Assembly: GCA_048270185.1 (NCBI GenBank)
Contig: JBLWTJ010000002.1
Span: 160,001 to 224,000, forward strand
Direction: 5' to 3'
DNA: 64,000 nucleotides
Source of the DNA: Bacteriovoracaceae bacterium
Lineage (GTDB): Bacteria > Bdellovibrionota > Bacteriovoracia > Bacteriovoracales > Bacteriovoracaceae
A program made the position numbers and the translations under genes. The notes beneath the pieces were generated by a model. That model made no database searches, was not told the origin of the DNA, and saw nothing but the letters and a program-made list of their open reading frames with translations. This document shows, piece after piece, positions 1-10,049 of the stretch; within the stretch, counting starts at the first letter, position 1, and each line of letters begins with the position of its first letter.

Positions 1-924
1 AGTGCTTCTTTGTATACACGAATTGCACCCCTCTCTCCTATTTTCTTCCACTATCCTGCTGGAGATATGATCTTTAAAAAGGATGTTTTCAAATTAGAAA
101 ATGGTGGCCTAAGTTTTAAGACACCTTCTGAAATTCGCTTACGTGACAAAAGAAGTGTTGAGAGGTTTACTTACAAGTATCCTGACTTCAAAAATATTTC
201 CTACACAGTTGGAGATGAAACTGAAACTCAACACGATATTATTATAGATATCTCTCTTCGTGGCCTGGCATTTGTTATTGATGCTAAAAGAAAGGCCAAG
301 TACGAACTCGGTAGTAAAATATTAATTTCTTCAATTACTGACCAAGAACTACCACAAAAACATGAAGCAAAAGTAGCATCAGTTAACCGCTATCGACTTT
401 CAGGTGAAGGTTTACAAAATCACCTACTAAGAATTGGTGTTGAGTTTACACAGACTCTAGAATCAATTACCTATGACTCTATTGGATCTCTTGTAAAGAA
501 GCGCCAAAATAAATTAAAAGGCCTTGATACATCAATGTTTAATGGACTTAATCCTGATGATTATCAAAAGCAACTTGCTAAAATTCACGAAAAGAACCCA
601 CAGCTTGCCGTAAATATTTCAGAAGCTGTCGAGGATATCGATCGTCTGCGCTACATGACTACTGATATGAAAAGAGATTTCTTTCTAAACTTCAGTGTCG
701 ATCTTATGGCCTGTGCTCTTAGAATGTCTTCAAAGGAATTAATCAACGATCTTCTTTCTGAAGTAACAGATGGTGTTCGTGAAGAGTTCTTAGAAAAGTA
801 TGATGTCCCTAAACCAGCATCGGCCATCAATAAGGCACAAGATGAACTTAGAAAATTTATCAAAGAAAAAGAACGTGATGGATCTTTTGTCCTAAGTCCT
901 AAATCATTTGTGAAGTATGTTTAG
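1..924 (+). CDS. PilZ domain protein with C-terminal FliG_C-like domain (probably 5'-truncated by the window edge)
   Basis: RSVER (RxxxR) and DISLRG (DxSxxG) PilZ motifs; C-terminal segment resembles FliG_C; frame is open back to base 1. Confidence 0.75.
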   Translation, partial: SASLYTRIAPLSPIFFHYPAGDMIFKKDVFKLENGGLSFKTPSEIRLRDKRSVERFTYKYPDFKNISYTVGDETETQHDIIIDISLRGLAFVIDAKRKAKYELGSKILISSITDQELPQKHEAKVASVNRYRLSGEGLQNHLLRIGVEFTQTLESITYDSIGSLVKKRQNKLKGLDTSMFNGLNPDDYQKQLAKIHEKNPQLAVNISEAVEDIDRLRYMTTDMKRDFFLNFSVDLMACALRMSSKELINDLLSEVTDGVREEFLEKYDVPKPASAINKAQDELRKFIKEKERDGSFVLSPKSFVKYV

Positions 925-1717
925 CCTACTCTCCCTTCTTGATGATATTGCCTCCACTCTTGATGATATCGCAGTGATGTCCAAAGTTGCCATCAAGAAA
1001 ACTTCGGCCCTTATGAGTGATGATCTAGCCGTTAATGCCGGTGTAATCCATGGAGTTCATGCAAGCCAAGAACTTCCAATGGTTTGGAAGATCTTTATTG
1101 GCTCTCTTTTTAATAAACTCTACAGTATTGTGGGTGTGCTTGTTTTAATGGCCATCTCACCAATGATTATCAAGGCCATTCTGCTAATTGGAGGGCTTTA
1201 TCTTTCATACGAAGGTGCCCACAAGATTATTGAAAAATTTTTTGGCCACCATAAAGCAAGAAAGGCTGAAACCATTGATCAAGATAAAAAAATTAAAGGG
1301 GCCATTCGAACAGATTTGATTCTTTCAATTGAGATCATTGTTATTGCTCAAAGTAATATTAGTGGAAATCTTTTAAATCAATCCATCATTCTAACAATCG
1401 TTGGAATTGCCGCTTCCATTATTATCTATGGCCTTGTAGCCTTGATTGTTAAAACGGACGACTTTGGCCTTTATTTAATCGAAAAAGATTATCACAAGGT
1501 TGGGCTCGCCCTTGTTCGCTCGATGCCTTATACGATGAAAGCTCTAGGGATTATTGGAACCCTGGCCATGCTCCTAGTGGGCGGCGGAATTATCGCTCAT
1601 ACCTTTCATCTTCCAAATTATCTTTATGAGCATCTTCAAAACTTCATTCTAGGACTTGTGGGTGGACTTTTTATCTGCGCACTTCTTGCAATCTGGCCAA
1701 GAAAGCGACTGCACTAA
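917..1717 (+). CDS. DUF808 (YedI-like) inner membrane protein
   Basis: LLDDIA..LDD.A.M.KVA.KKT...DDLAVNA and GAIRTDLILSIEIIVI motifs; multiple TM segments. Confidence 0.85.
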   Translation: MFSLLSLLDDIASTLDDIAVMSKVAIKKTSALMSDDLAVNAGVIHGVHASQELPMVWKIFIGSLFNKLYSIVGVLVLMAISPMIIKAILLIGGLYLSYEGAHKIIEKFFGHHKARKAETIDQDKKIKGAIRTDLILSIEIIVIAQSNISGNLLNQSIILTIVGIAASIIIYGLVALIVKTDDFGLYLIEKDYHKVGLALVRSMPYTMKALGIIGTLAMLLVGGGIIAHTFHLPNYLYEHLQNFILGLVGGLFICALLAIWPRKRLH

Positions 1718-1786
1718 TTGCCATTTCTCATTTCACTCAATCCAATAACTACCTGTAATCAGGTCATCTTTTGCCCTTTCTATATC

Positions 1787-1813
1787 TAATATTAAACTAA
1801 AAAAAACCGATAA
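1787..1813 (+). promoter_or_regulatory. Candidate sigma-28 (FliA) promoter
   Basis: TAAT-N15-ACCGATAA versus consensus TAAA-N15-GCCGATAA, 30 bp upstream of the ATG at 1844. Confidence 0.5.
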
Positions 1814-1843
1814 GTTTAATGTATTTATTTAGCTGGGGTATAA

Positions 1844-4800
1844 ATGCAGAGTTCAAAATTCACTAAATTCATTAGTTTAATCTTCATATTATTGGCCTTC
1901 ACTTCATGTGGGTCAAAACTCTCATCAACAACATTTAAGATCACAAAAGTGTCTTTTCTCAGTGGAGCAACAGTTGCTTCTGATTTTGATGGTGGTGTTT
2001 TGATCTTTGGTAAGAACAATGAGACAGGTGAAGCTTTCCAAGTTGCACTTGACCCAACTTCAGCTGACGCTGGCTCAATTGAATTGTCGTTTGGGTCATA
2101 TTCAGTAAAAGCATTTGGCTGGCATGATGGAACGACTCCAACAAATTTATCAGGAACACAATACTGTGCCGATATAACAACAGAAATAAGAGATTCAGAA
2201 GCAACAATGAATCTTTCACTCTCACAAGCTGCTTGCTCAACAATGACTGATGTAACAGTTTATAATAATGACCCGGGTCTTGGATTCAAGATTGAAGCAT
2301 GTCATGGTGTTGTAAAAATTATTGGGAAAGGTCAGATGCCCACATGCGCGGAAGCACCTAGTATTGCTCAATCAATTAAAATTGAATACGTTTCACTAAA
2401 TACAGATGGAACTCTCGATCTAACAAAGAAGCTAGCTTCACAGTGTCTCACAAATACTCTTGGCTATGACTACCTTCCATCAGCTTATACAAAAGTAATT
2501 AAGGGTGGTGCTGGTTTTAAAAATCCAATGGCCATTACGGCCTATCTTGGAACAAATTGTGATGACGCCGGTGCTGTACCATCAATGACAAAGGTTATTC
2601 CGGCACCGATAAATATTCCAAGTCATTCATATTTTAATTATAAGAAAAATTCTACTGGAATTAATCTTATGGTTGGATTTGATTCATGTCTCTTTGACAC
2701 GGCCACAACAAATACTCCATTCGCAGCAGGAGGTACGGCCGGTGACTTCAATATTATTTGCTCTCTGCCCCAGTTTAATCAAATTGCAAATTATCCAGAT
2801 AAGAAGTTTCTCATCGCCAAAACAATTGATTTCATAGGTGCCGCTCCAGCAACACAAGCCGCGGCCATTTTTAGCGGTGGAATCCAGGGTGATATCTCAA
2901 TGTATTATAATAACGTTCTTCACCTTAAAGGAGCTTCAGATAGTCTCTTTGAGTTAATCGGAAGCAACGTCGCTGATGCAGAAGCTAAAATTGAAAATCT
3001 CAATATTGATGTCAGTTCAATTACATCTGGGCCAATCATTGCAAAACAAGCAAAGTATAATTCACAAATTGAGGAGATCAATATCATTGGTGAAATGACA
3101 AATAATGATCCATCAACAATGACAAGTGGAACAAGTGCAGGCGATACATGTGGTGGCCTTATCAATCAGGTCTTTAGTGATGCTGCCGGTGCAAGTGTAA
3201 ACACTAAAATTGAATTTGAAAGAATCAATCTCAAAAACTTTATTTTGAATTGTGCAAGTATGGCAACAGCCAATACACCAAATTATATCGGAGCCCTTCT
3301 TGGTGCTGCTGCGACGATTAACACAGATAGTGCTAACAATCGAAGTATTCACCTACGTCAATTGACAGGAGATATTACAATTAATACAGACTCCACTTCC
3401 TCTCAACAGTACTTAGGGGGATTGATTGGATTTAGTGAAAATATGACAGACGTTGAAGCTTCTGCTCTAAATTATTCATTTGTCCATAATAGTAATACTG
3501 GTGAGCCACGAATCATCGGAGGGCTACTGGGTTCTCAGCAATCAATGGCCGGCCAAGTAAATGGACAGGGTAGTATTAATATTAGAGGAGTAGCGATTCA
3601 TAATGATATCAAAACATCACTTGCCTACAATACAATCCAAGGAGCAGGTGGAATTATTGGTAAAAGCTTTAATCCAGCGAAATTAAGCATTGAGAATACA
3701 ATTCTAACAGGTTCAATTAACACCACTCTAAAAAATGCAGGTGGATTAATTGGTCATTCATTTTTTCAAAACACAACGGGTTACTTTAATTTAAGAAATT
3801 CATTAAATACAGCAACGATTAACTCTGCAGGAAGTGCAGGAGGATTTGTTGGTGCCATTTCTCTTAATGGAACAAATGCTTCTTTTGAGAATCTCAATAA
3901 TAAGGGGAGCATTACAGGCGCATCAGATGGAACTTCGACTAATGAAGGAGTTGGGGGAATTCTTGGAACTTTTGAAGATGATACAAACCTTGGCTACTTA
4001 AGCTTAAAATATTCTGCCAATCTTGGTGAGATTACTGCAACTAAAGGGATGGCATCAAATAGTGCTGCCGGCTCCCTTGTTGGTGTCAGTGTTGGTATTA
4101 ATAAAACATATAATGGAAATTACAATTATGCTGGAGGCCAGGTATATACTAATAGTGCTCTTAAGCCACTTCATATTGGGTTAGTTAGTGGAGCATCACT
4201 CACAAGTATGGATATAGAGTCTGCATTTTATGAAACTAATATCTCCTACCCTGCAGTCACTTCCTATACAGGATCTGAAGTACTACTAGAGTTTGGAGAT
4301 ACTTCGGCCCATACTGACTTCACATTGAGTGAGATTGCGTCGACCCCAATTATTGCCAATTTAACAGATAGTCAAATTTTCACAACCACTGGTTTTCCTA
4401 GATCCATCGACTTCATGGATCGCTTTGCGGTTTTCGACTCTAGTGGACGAGCGATTCGCCATGGAGGAGAAGGTTCTCCATTCTTAATCAACTCAAGAGA
4501 TGATCTGCCTTATGTCAGCTCTATCTTTGGTGCAAACTTTAATTGGAAATTAATGGTTGATATTGATATGCTTGAAGGCTTCTTACAACTTGGCCATGCG
4601 ATCGTTCCATTTAATGGATCATTTGATGGTAATGGAAAAACCATTTCAAATTTTAAAAATAACTACAGCACTTTGCCAATAGCGCCCCAGTTCAATGGAG
4701 TCTTTCCAGTTGTCTCAAATGGTCGAATTAGAGACCTAACTCTCAAATCAGGTATCATGGATTTTGAATGTTCTTCAGCTGGCGCTGGAGGTGTTCTTGT

Positions 4801-5443
4801 TGGTCAAATTGATGGTTCACAAATGGGGACAAATGATAGAGCCATAATTCAAAGTATTAACCTTATTAATAATAACCTATCTGGTGGAAATGGTTGCGAC
4901 ACTGTTGCACATTTAATTGGTCAGTATACGACAGATGCTGATCACCATATCTTTGAAAATATTTCCATTAGAAATAATACTATTGATGCCTCTGGTTCCC
5001 TTGTAGCCGGTGGTCTTATTGGCGTCATGTACAATAATAGTGGCGCAAATATGGCATTTAATATTAAGAATATTGAGCTTATTAATAATCAATTCATTTC
5101 CCCTTCAAGTACTTATGGTTTCGTGGCAAGTAATGGTGGAGCAAATCCATTTATTCTTACTTATGAGAACACACTCTTTATTGGGACAGCTGACTCTACT
5201 TATAATCCATTTAATTTCCATAAAGACGCAGGAGCAACTTCAGTGTCTCCTGCTCCAGGAAATAACTATGTTTTTGCGGCCGGAACTCCTGTTGGGCTTG
5301 ATACTTCGATCATGACAAATAGTACGACATATGCCCTAACAGATATCGCGGCCACTACATTTGGTGACTACTTCATTCACGATGCGACACTAGGAACAGT
5401 TGAACTTAATAAAGCACTAATTAAAGAAGAATTAGAATACTAA
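1844..5443 (+). CDS. Large surface lipoprotein with GLUG-like (GGLIG) repeats
   Basis: Lipobox-like AFTSC; repeated GGLIG/GGLLG/GGIIG motifs; FNGSFDGNGKTISN motif typical of GLUG/beta-helix proteins. Confidence 0.65.
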   Translation: MQSSKFTKFISLIFILLAFTSCGSKLSSTTFKITKVSFLSGATVASDFDGGVLIFGKNNETGEAFQVALDPTSADAGSIELSFGSYSVKAFGWHDGTTPTNLSGTQYCADITTEIRDSEATMNLSLSQAACSTMTDVTVYNNDPGLGFKIEACHGVVKIIGKGQMPTCAEAPSIAQSIKIEYVSLNTDGTLDLTKKLASQCLTNTLGYDYLPSAYTKVIKGGAGFKNPMAITAYLGTNCDDAGAVPSMTKVIPAPINIPSHSYFNYKKNSTGINLMVGFDSCLFDTATTNTPFAAGGTAGDFNIICSLPQFNQIANYPDKKFLIAKTIDFIGAAPATQAAAIFSGGIQGDISMYYNNVLHLKGASDSLFELIGSNVADAEAKIENLNIDVSSITSGPIIAKQAKYNSQIEEINIIGEMTNNDPSTMTSGTSAGDTCGGLINQVFSDAAGASVNTKIEFERINLKNFILNCASMATANTPNYIGALLGAAATINTDSANNRSIHLRQLTGDITINTDSTSSQQYLGGLIGFSENMTDVEASALNYSFVHNSNTGEPRIIGGLLGSQQSMAGQVNGQGSINIRGVAIHNDIKTSLAYNTIQGAGGIIGKSFNPAKLSIENTILTGSINTTLKNAGGLIGHSFFQNTTGYFNLRNSLNTATINSAGSAGGFVGAISLNGTNASFENLNNKGSITGASDGTSTNEGVGGILGTFEDDTNLGYLSLKYSANLGEITATKGMASNSAAGSLVGVSVGINKTYNGNYNYAGGQVYTNSALKPLHIGLVSGASLTSMDIESAFYETNISYPAVTSYTGSEVLLEFGDTSAHTDFTLSEIASTPIIANLTDSQIFTTTGFPRSIDFMDRFAVFDSSGRAIRHGGEGSPFLINSRDDLPYVSSIFGANFNWKLMVDIDMLEGFLQLGHAIVPFNGSFDGNGKTISNFKNNYSTLPIAPQFNGVFPVVSNGRIRDLTLKSGIMDFECSSAGAGGVLVGQIDGSQMGTNDRAIIQSINLINNNLSGGNGCDTVAHLIGQYTTDADHHIFENISIRNNTIDASGSLVAGGLIGVMYNNSGANMAFNIKNIELINNQFISPSSTYGFVASNGGANPFILTYENTLFIGTADSTYNPFNFHKDAGATSVSPAPGNNYVFAAGTPVGLDTSIMTNSTTYALTDIAATTFGDYFIHDATLGTVELNKALIKEELEY

Positions 5444-5468
5444 ATGCCTATAAAAATTGGCGAGTTTT

Positions 5469-5495
5469 AAAGGGACGTGTTCATCGTCCCTTTTT
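5469..5495 (+). terminator. Intrinsic terminator
   Basis: aaagggacg / cgtcccttt stem followed by T run, after the stop at 5443. Confidence 0.75.
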
Positions 5496-5770
5496 AGTTT
5501 ACCGGCAGAAGTTACCGATATTATTCATTAAGAACAATTAACTTAAATAAATCCCCCTAGAATTCGAAGAGTGCCTACAATGGGTAGCCTAATCCCTCTA
5601 ATTGAGCAAAGACAGAGGGCTTTAGACGGCCATTGAGAATGGATTTTGAGCAAGTATTGCCGACAATCGAGAAGACTTTGGTCATCGATAAATCTAAGGG
5701 TAAAATAGATTGTCAGGTAATGTTTTAATAACAACTTTGCTTGTTTTACTTCGTTAAGGAGGAGGACTAA

Positions 5771-6142
5771 ATGGAAGCTGAAAAATTAGAATATTTTAAA
5801 AAGAAGTTATTGGCCGCGAAAGCAGAGATTCTTAACGGTGGTATTTTAACTAGTACTGAAGACCTTAAGATGTCGACAGATGACCTACCTGATGAAGGTG
5901 ATGTTGCCAACGCAGTAATTAACCAACAGGTTACTTTTAATATGAGAGCACGAGCGATGCAAAAGCTAAGACATATTGAAACGGCCCTACACCGTATTGA
6001 AGACGGAACTTATGGTCACTGTGAAGATTGTGAAGAGCCAATTGGTGCTAAGAGATTAGAGAATCAGCCATGGGCCGAATTATGTATCACTCACGCAGAA
6101 GAAAGAGAGCGTGAAGAGCAACACATGAGAAGAGTCGGATAA
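5771..6142 (+). CDS. dksA: DksA/TraR C4 zinc-finger protein
   Basis: DEGDVA coiled-coil tip, GTYGHCEDCEEPI..KRLE..PWAELCITH; strong aggagg RBS. Confidence 0.85.
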   Translation: MEAEKLEYFKKKLLAAKAEILNGGILTSTEDLKMSTDDLPDEGDVANAVINQQVTFNMRARAMQKLRHIETALHRIEDGTYGHCEDCEEPIGAKRLENQPWAELCITHAEEREREEQHMRRVG

Positions 6143-6169
6143 GACTTTATTCATATTCCAAATGTTAGT

Positions 6170-6198
6170 AAAAAAGCCTGCTTATGCAGGCTTTTTTT
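6170..6198. terminator. Bidirectional intrinsic terminator
   Basis: aaaaaagcctgc-ttat-gcaggcttttttt between convergent genes. Confidence 0.85.
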
Positions 6199-6199
6199 A

Positions 6200-6433
6200 T
6201 TAGAGGGACATCCCCTCATCTACTGTGAATTTCTCCTGCTTCACATAAACATACTTAGAAATATCTTTTTTAAGTATCCTTTTAACCTGCTGATTTGTTT
6301 TAATGATTTCATCAACTTTGGGCGAGATTGTACTGGAAGTGGTGTTGTTAATAGGTGCGACGATCATAATATAAGCAAAGAGGAAAATGCTTACTGATAA
6401 TGTCCAAATTGTTTTCACTAGTCTACCCTCCAT
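6200..6433 (-). CDS. Small hypothetical membrane protein
   Basis: One hydrophobic helix; start uncertain (ORF extends to 6502). Confidence 0.4.
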   Translation of the reverse strand: MEGRLVKTIWTLSVSIFLFAYIMIVAPINNTTSSTISPKVDEIIKTNQQVKRILKKDISKYVYVKQEKFTVDEGMSL

Positions 6434-6654
6434 GGTAAGAACTGCTTCTATGCAATATAAAGCACGTTGAGTGCCAAAGTCTGTTATAATGATTCTAGGC
6501 ACTTACTATAGTGGACAATTGAACGCGGTGGCTTTTTGGCCTGTTTTTACACCACCACTTTGAATTTAGTGTATAAGATTTTGACACCTATCTATAAAGT
6601 ATCCATACTGGCTATAGGTGAACACCTTAAGTAGGTAAAATCACAATATGATGT

Positions 6655-6670
6655 TGGCACCGACCATGCA
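6655..6670 (+). promoter_or_regulatory. Candidate sigma-54 promoter
   Basis: TGGCAC-cgacc-ATGCA with exact GG-N10-GC spacing, upstream of the S8 protease. Confidence 0.6.
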
Positions 6671-6710
6671 TTATTATTAGTGAGTTTGAGTTAGACATAA
6701 GGAGCACTCT

Positions 6711-7862
6711 TTGAAGCTTAAATTAAACCTAAAATCATTCCTACTTATTTCATCATTAATGGCCCAGACTGTTGTATTCAGTCAAAATGCTGGCCAAAAA
6801 ATTTCATTTGATCAATTAAGACAACGTGTATTCAAAAAAGAATATCAAAAAGAGACAACATCAACAGATGTACTACACTCTCGTTTTGCTAGTTGGGGAA
6901 TTCAAAATTCATTTGATAAAGGTTCAATTAATCTTCCAGGTGCACTAAAGAAACTTAAGGCACAAAGAGAAGTTGTAGTTGCTGTTATTGATACAGGAAT
7001 CGATCCAACTCACCCATTCCTTAAGCACAATATCTACGTTCCAAAAGGACAAGTAAGCTTAACTAACTACGGTGTTGATTTTTCAAAAGGTGCAGAAAGT
7101 GTAACAGCTCCAATCGATAAGAACCGTCACGGAACTCACGTTTCAGGAATCATCAAGTCAGTATTCCCACAAGTAAAAATTCTTCCACTTAAGTATTACA
7201 ATCGTCATGCTTCAGGAAAAGATAACCTAAACTCAACAATCAAGGCACTACGTTATGCAGTTGATCTTGGTGTTGATATCATTAACTACTCAGGTGGTGG
7301 ACCAGAGCCAGACTTAGAAGAACTAGAAATTCTAAAGAAAGCAGAAAGAAAAGGAATCATCGTTGTTGCAGCAGCAGGTAACGAGCAAGAAAATATCGAT
7401 AACAAGAGCACTGCTTACTTTCCAGCAAGCTACAAGTTATCAAATATCATTACAGTAACTGCACACAACCAGTCACTGAATATCCTTAACTCTTCAAACT
7501 GGGGAGCTCAGACTGTTGATGTTTCTGCTCCAGGATACAAGATCAACTCAGCAGTACCTACTGCAAGAAATGGTCTTCTAACAGGAACTTCACAAGCGAC
7601 AGCGTTTGTTTCTGGTGTAGCGGCAATGCTAAAAGCTGGATACCCAGGGCTAACAGCACCTCAAATTAAGAAGATCATTTCAACAACTGCTAAGAAAGAA
7701 ATTACATTTAACGGAAAAGTTAAGTCTTCAGGAAGATTAGATGCAACAGCAGCAATTAACCTAGCTGAGAGATTAAACACAAGAACAAACGGACAACTTG
7801 CTAAGCATAGAGGAAGCAAGAGAGAAGTAGCAAATACTCCAAAAGTAATTATCAGAAAATAA
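6711..7862 (+). CDS. Secreted subtilisin-family (S8) serine protease
   Basis: VAVIDTG, HGTHVSG, AAGN and GTSQA motifs; signal peptide; TTG start with aggag RBS. Confidence 0.92.
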   Translation: MKLKLNLKSFLLISSLMAQTVVFSQNAGQKISFDQLRQRVFKKEYQKETTSTDVLHSRFASWGIQNSFDKGSINLPGALKKLKAQREVVVAVIDTGIDPTHPFLKHNIYVPKGQVSLTNYGVDFSKGAESVTAPIDKNRHGTHVSGIIKSVFPQVKILPLKYYNRHASGKDNLNSTIKALRYAVDLGVDIINYSGGGPEPDLEELEILKKAERKGIIVVAAAGNEQENIDNKSTAYFPASYKLSNIITVTAHNQSLNILNSSNWGAQTVDVSAPGYKINSAVPTARNGLLTGTSQATAFVSGVAAMLKAGYPGLTAPQIKKIISTTAKKEITFNGKVKSSGRLDATAAINLAERLNTRTNGQLAKHRGSKREVANTPKVIIRK

Positions 7863-8525
7863 TTAGATGGCCCTTAAATAGGACGTAAGCGCAAGGGTCA
7901 CTCCTAAAAAAATCACCACAAACATCAGAACGTACAGCAGATTAGATACCTTTAAAAATCCCATCATTTTATAATTAAAGAAATTTTCAACAGGATTATT
8001 CTGGGCCTCAATACGTGTATTAGAAATAGCCTCTTTCATACGTTCATAAAGAGTTGACTCATCAATTCCCTTTTCAGTATATGAGCGCCAAATCTCCTTT
8101 TCACTGACTCCAGAGTTCATCATTTCAACAACGATGTCTGTCAGTTCTTGTAGATACAATGGTCTAAGCTTATCGCCTTTAGACTCATCACTATAGAAGT
8201 AATCGAGAAGATTATTGTAACGGCGACGAACCTTAATCATGAATTTTTTAAACTTCACATCACCTTGAAAGATTTTAGGATTTTCCATTTCAAGTTCACT
8301 TAGAGTCTGCCAGTACTTTTCCCTAAAAGTATAGAAACTCTTCTCCCCTAATGGTTCACCTAATGGATTAAAAGATAAATCAAAACCACACGACCCACAA
8401 CGATCATTTTCAACTTCAGTGCTTTCACATTTTGGACATGCAATATAGTGCACATCCTGTGCATTTTGATCTTCCATGAAGAGATGTTGATGTTTTTGTA
8501 TATCTTTTAAGAATTCCGTATCCAT
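7863..8525 (-). CDS. Hypothetical protein with N-terminal zinc ribbon and C-terminal TM anchor
   Basis: CPKC...CGSC; hydrophobic C-terminus. Confidence 0.6.
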   Translation of the reverse strand: MDTEFLKDIQKHQHLFMEDQNAQDVHYIACPKCESTEVENDRCGSCGFDLSFNPLGEPLGEKSFYTFREKYWQTLSELEMENPKIFQGDVKFKKFMIKVRRRYNNLLDYFYSDESKGDKLRPLYLQELTDIVVEMMNSGVSEKEIWRSYTEKGIDESTLYERMKEAISNTRIEAQNNPVENFFNYKMMGFLKVSNLLYVLMFVVIFLGVTLALTSYLRAI

Positions 8526-8588
8526 AAGAATATTGTAATTTCATTAGCTTAGTATTGGCAAATACTAAATCATATTAGACAATGGAGT

Positions 8589-10049
8589 ATGCCTAAAATG
8601 CTTATATCAAAATTTAGATTACCGCTTCTGCATATTCTTGCGGGAGTTATCTACGCTTTAAATTTTCCTTTCATTGGGCAGTTTACAATTTTTCCATCAA
8701 TCTTTCTTAGTGCGGCCGTTTTATTCTACGGTTTAGAAAAAGAGAATCGCTTCAAGTTTAATCTACTTAATATTTTTCTCTTTTGCTGGGGCTACAACCT
8801 TGCCGGTTATTATTGGCTGACATTTACCTTAAATGATTTTGGAGGACTTTTCTTTCCTCTTAATTTTATTGTGTGGCAAATCTTTTCCATTTTCATTGCT
8901 CCACAATTCTATGTTTTTCTTGTGATTTACTTTTTTCTTAAAAAGAAAATTAAATTAAATTCGTTCATTGGAGGCGTTCTTTACAGCGCAATTTTTGTAC
9001 TACTTGAGTATATTGTTCCTCAACAATTCCCTGCTCAGTTTGGTCACACATGGCTTAAGGTTGCCCCTTACTTAAAACCGGCACAATACATGGGAGTTCC
9101 TTTCTATAGCTTCCTAACTCTCCTTATCGGATTTGTTATTTACCGTTCTTTTAGTACGAAGAAGTTACCAAAATTTGAAGCGGTCATTGCGGTAGTCCTT
9201 ATTATTTTCAACTTTTCGATGGGTGCTATCAAAAGTGATATTGGCAATGATCTCAAAATCAGAATGGTTCAAGGTAATATCGGAAATGATTTGAAACTTA
9301 AGTCTGAGCAAGGAGTAAAGCTTGCTTCTTCAGAAGTTGTAAATATCTACAAAGAGTTAAGCCTTAGAGATGGTATTGAAGATATTGATCTCGTGATTTG
9401 GCCCGAGACTTCTTATCCTAGATTCCTCTTTACTAAGAAGTACCAAAAACTTCCGGCCGAATTAAGTGGTCTCTTTAATGGAAGTAAAGAAAAAGATACT
9501 CATTTCTTTATTGGAACTTATGATCTTGCCACGAGTGATCTTGACGTTGTTGAGAATACTTATAATGCAACTGCATTAGCTAATTCAAATGGTGATATCG
9601 AGCAGGTCTATCACAAGCAAGTTCTTATTCCATTCGGCGAAGGACTCCCCTTTGGAAGTCTCAATCAATATATCGCTCCTTACTTAAAGAGTGTTTCTCT
9701 CTTTGCTAAGGGAGAGAAGTTCACAAACTTTAAAGTTAAAAATAGGAGTTTTATTTCACTTATTTGTTATGAAGTTCTCTTTCCACGCTATGTCTCCGAA
9801 TATATCAATGATGTAGAAAAGCGCGGTGAAAAAGTTGATTTCATTGTTAATGTAACAAATGACTCTTGGTATGGGCCTTACTCAGAACAAGAGCAACATC
9901 TCTTTCTAGCAAAATGGCGAGCAATTGAATTTGGAATTCCTCTTGTGCGAGCAACAAACACAGGAATCTCAGTTATCGTTAGACCTGATGGCTCAGAGAT
10001 AAAAAGAAGTGGAAATTTCACACAAGAGATCTTAGATTTTGCTCTCTAA
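8589..10049 (+). CDS. lnt: Apolipoprotein N-acyltransferase
   Basis: N-terminal TM region plus nitrilase domain: VQGNI, VIWPET, YHKQVLIPFGE, ICYE, NVTNDSWY, RATNTGIS. Confidence 0.95.
   Translation: MPKMLISKFRLPLLHILAGVIYALNFPFIGQFTIFPSIFLSAAVLFYGLEKENRFKFNLLNIFLFCWGYNLAGYYWLTFTLNDFGGLFFPLNFIVWQIFSIFIAPQFYVFLVIYFFLKKKIKLNSFIGGVLYSAIFVLLEYIVPQQFPAQFGHTWLKVAPYLKPAQYMGVPFYSFLTLLIGFVIYRSFSTKKLPKFEAVIAVVLIIFNFSMGAIKSDIGNDLKIRMVQGNIGNDLKLKSEQGVKLASSEVVNIYKELSLRDGIEDIDLVIWPETSYPRFLFTKKYQKLPAELSGLFNGSKEKDTHFFIGTYDLATSDLDVVENTYNATALANSNGDIEQVYHKQVLIPFGEGLPFGSLNQYIAPYLKSVSLFAKGEKFTNFKVKNRSFISLICYEVLFPRYVSEYINDVEKRGEKVDFIVNVTNDSWYGPYSEQEQHLFLAKWRAIEFGIPLVRATNTGISVIVRPDGSEIKRSGNFTQEILDFAL

Noticed and set aside
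5540..5710. 6S RNA or c-di-GMP-I riboswitch
   Set aside because: No GEMM consensus and no clear 6S central-bubble architecture; kept only as an unassigned structured region
5543..5734. 63 aa minus-strand ORF
   Set aside because: No recognisable motif; lies antisense in the dksA upstream region
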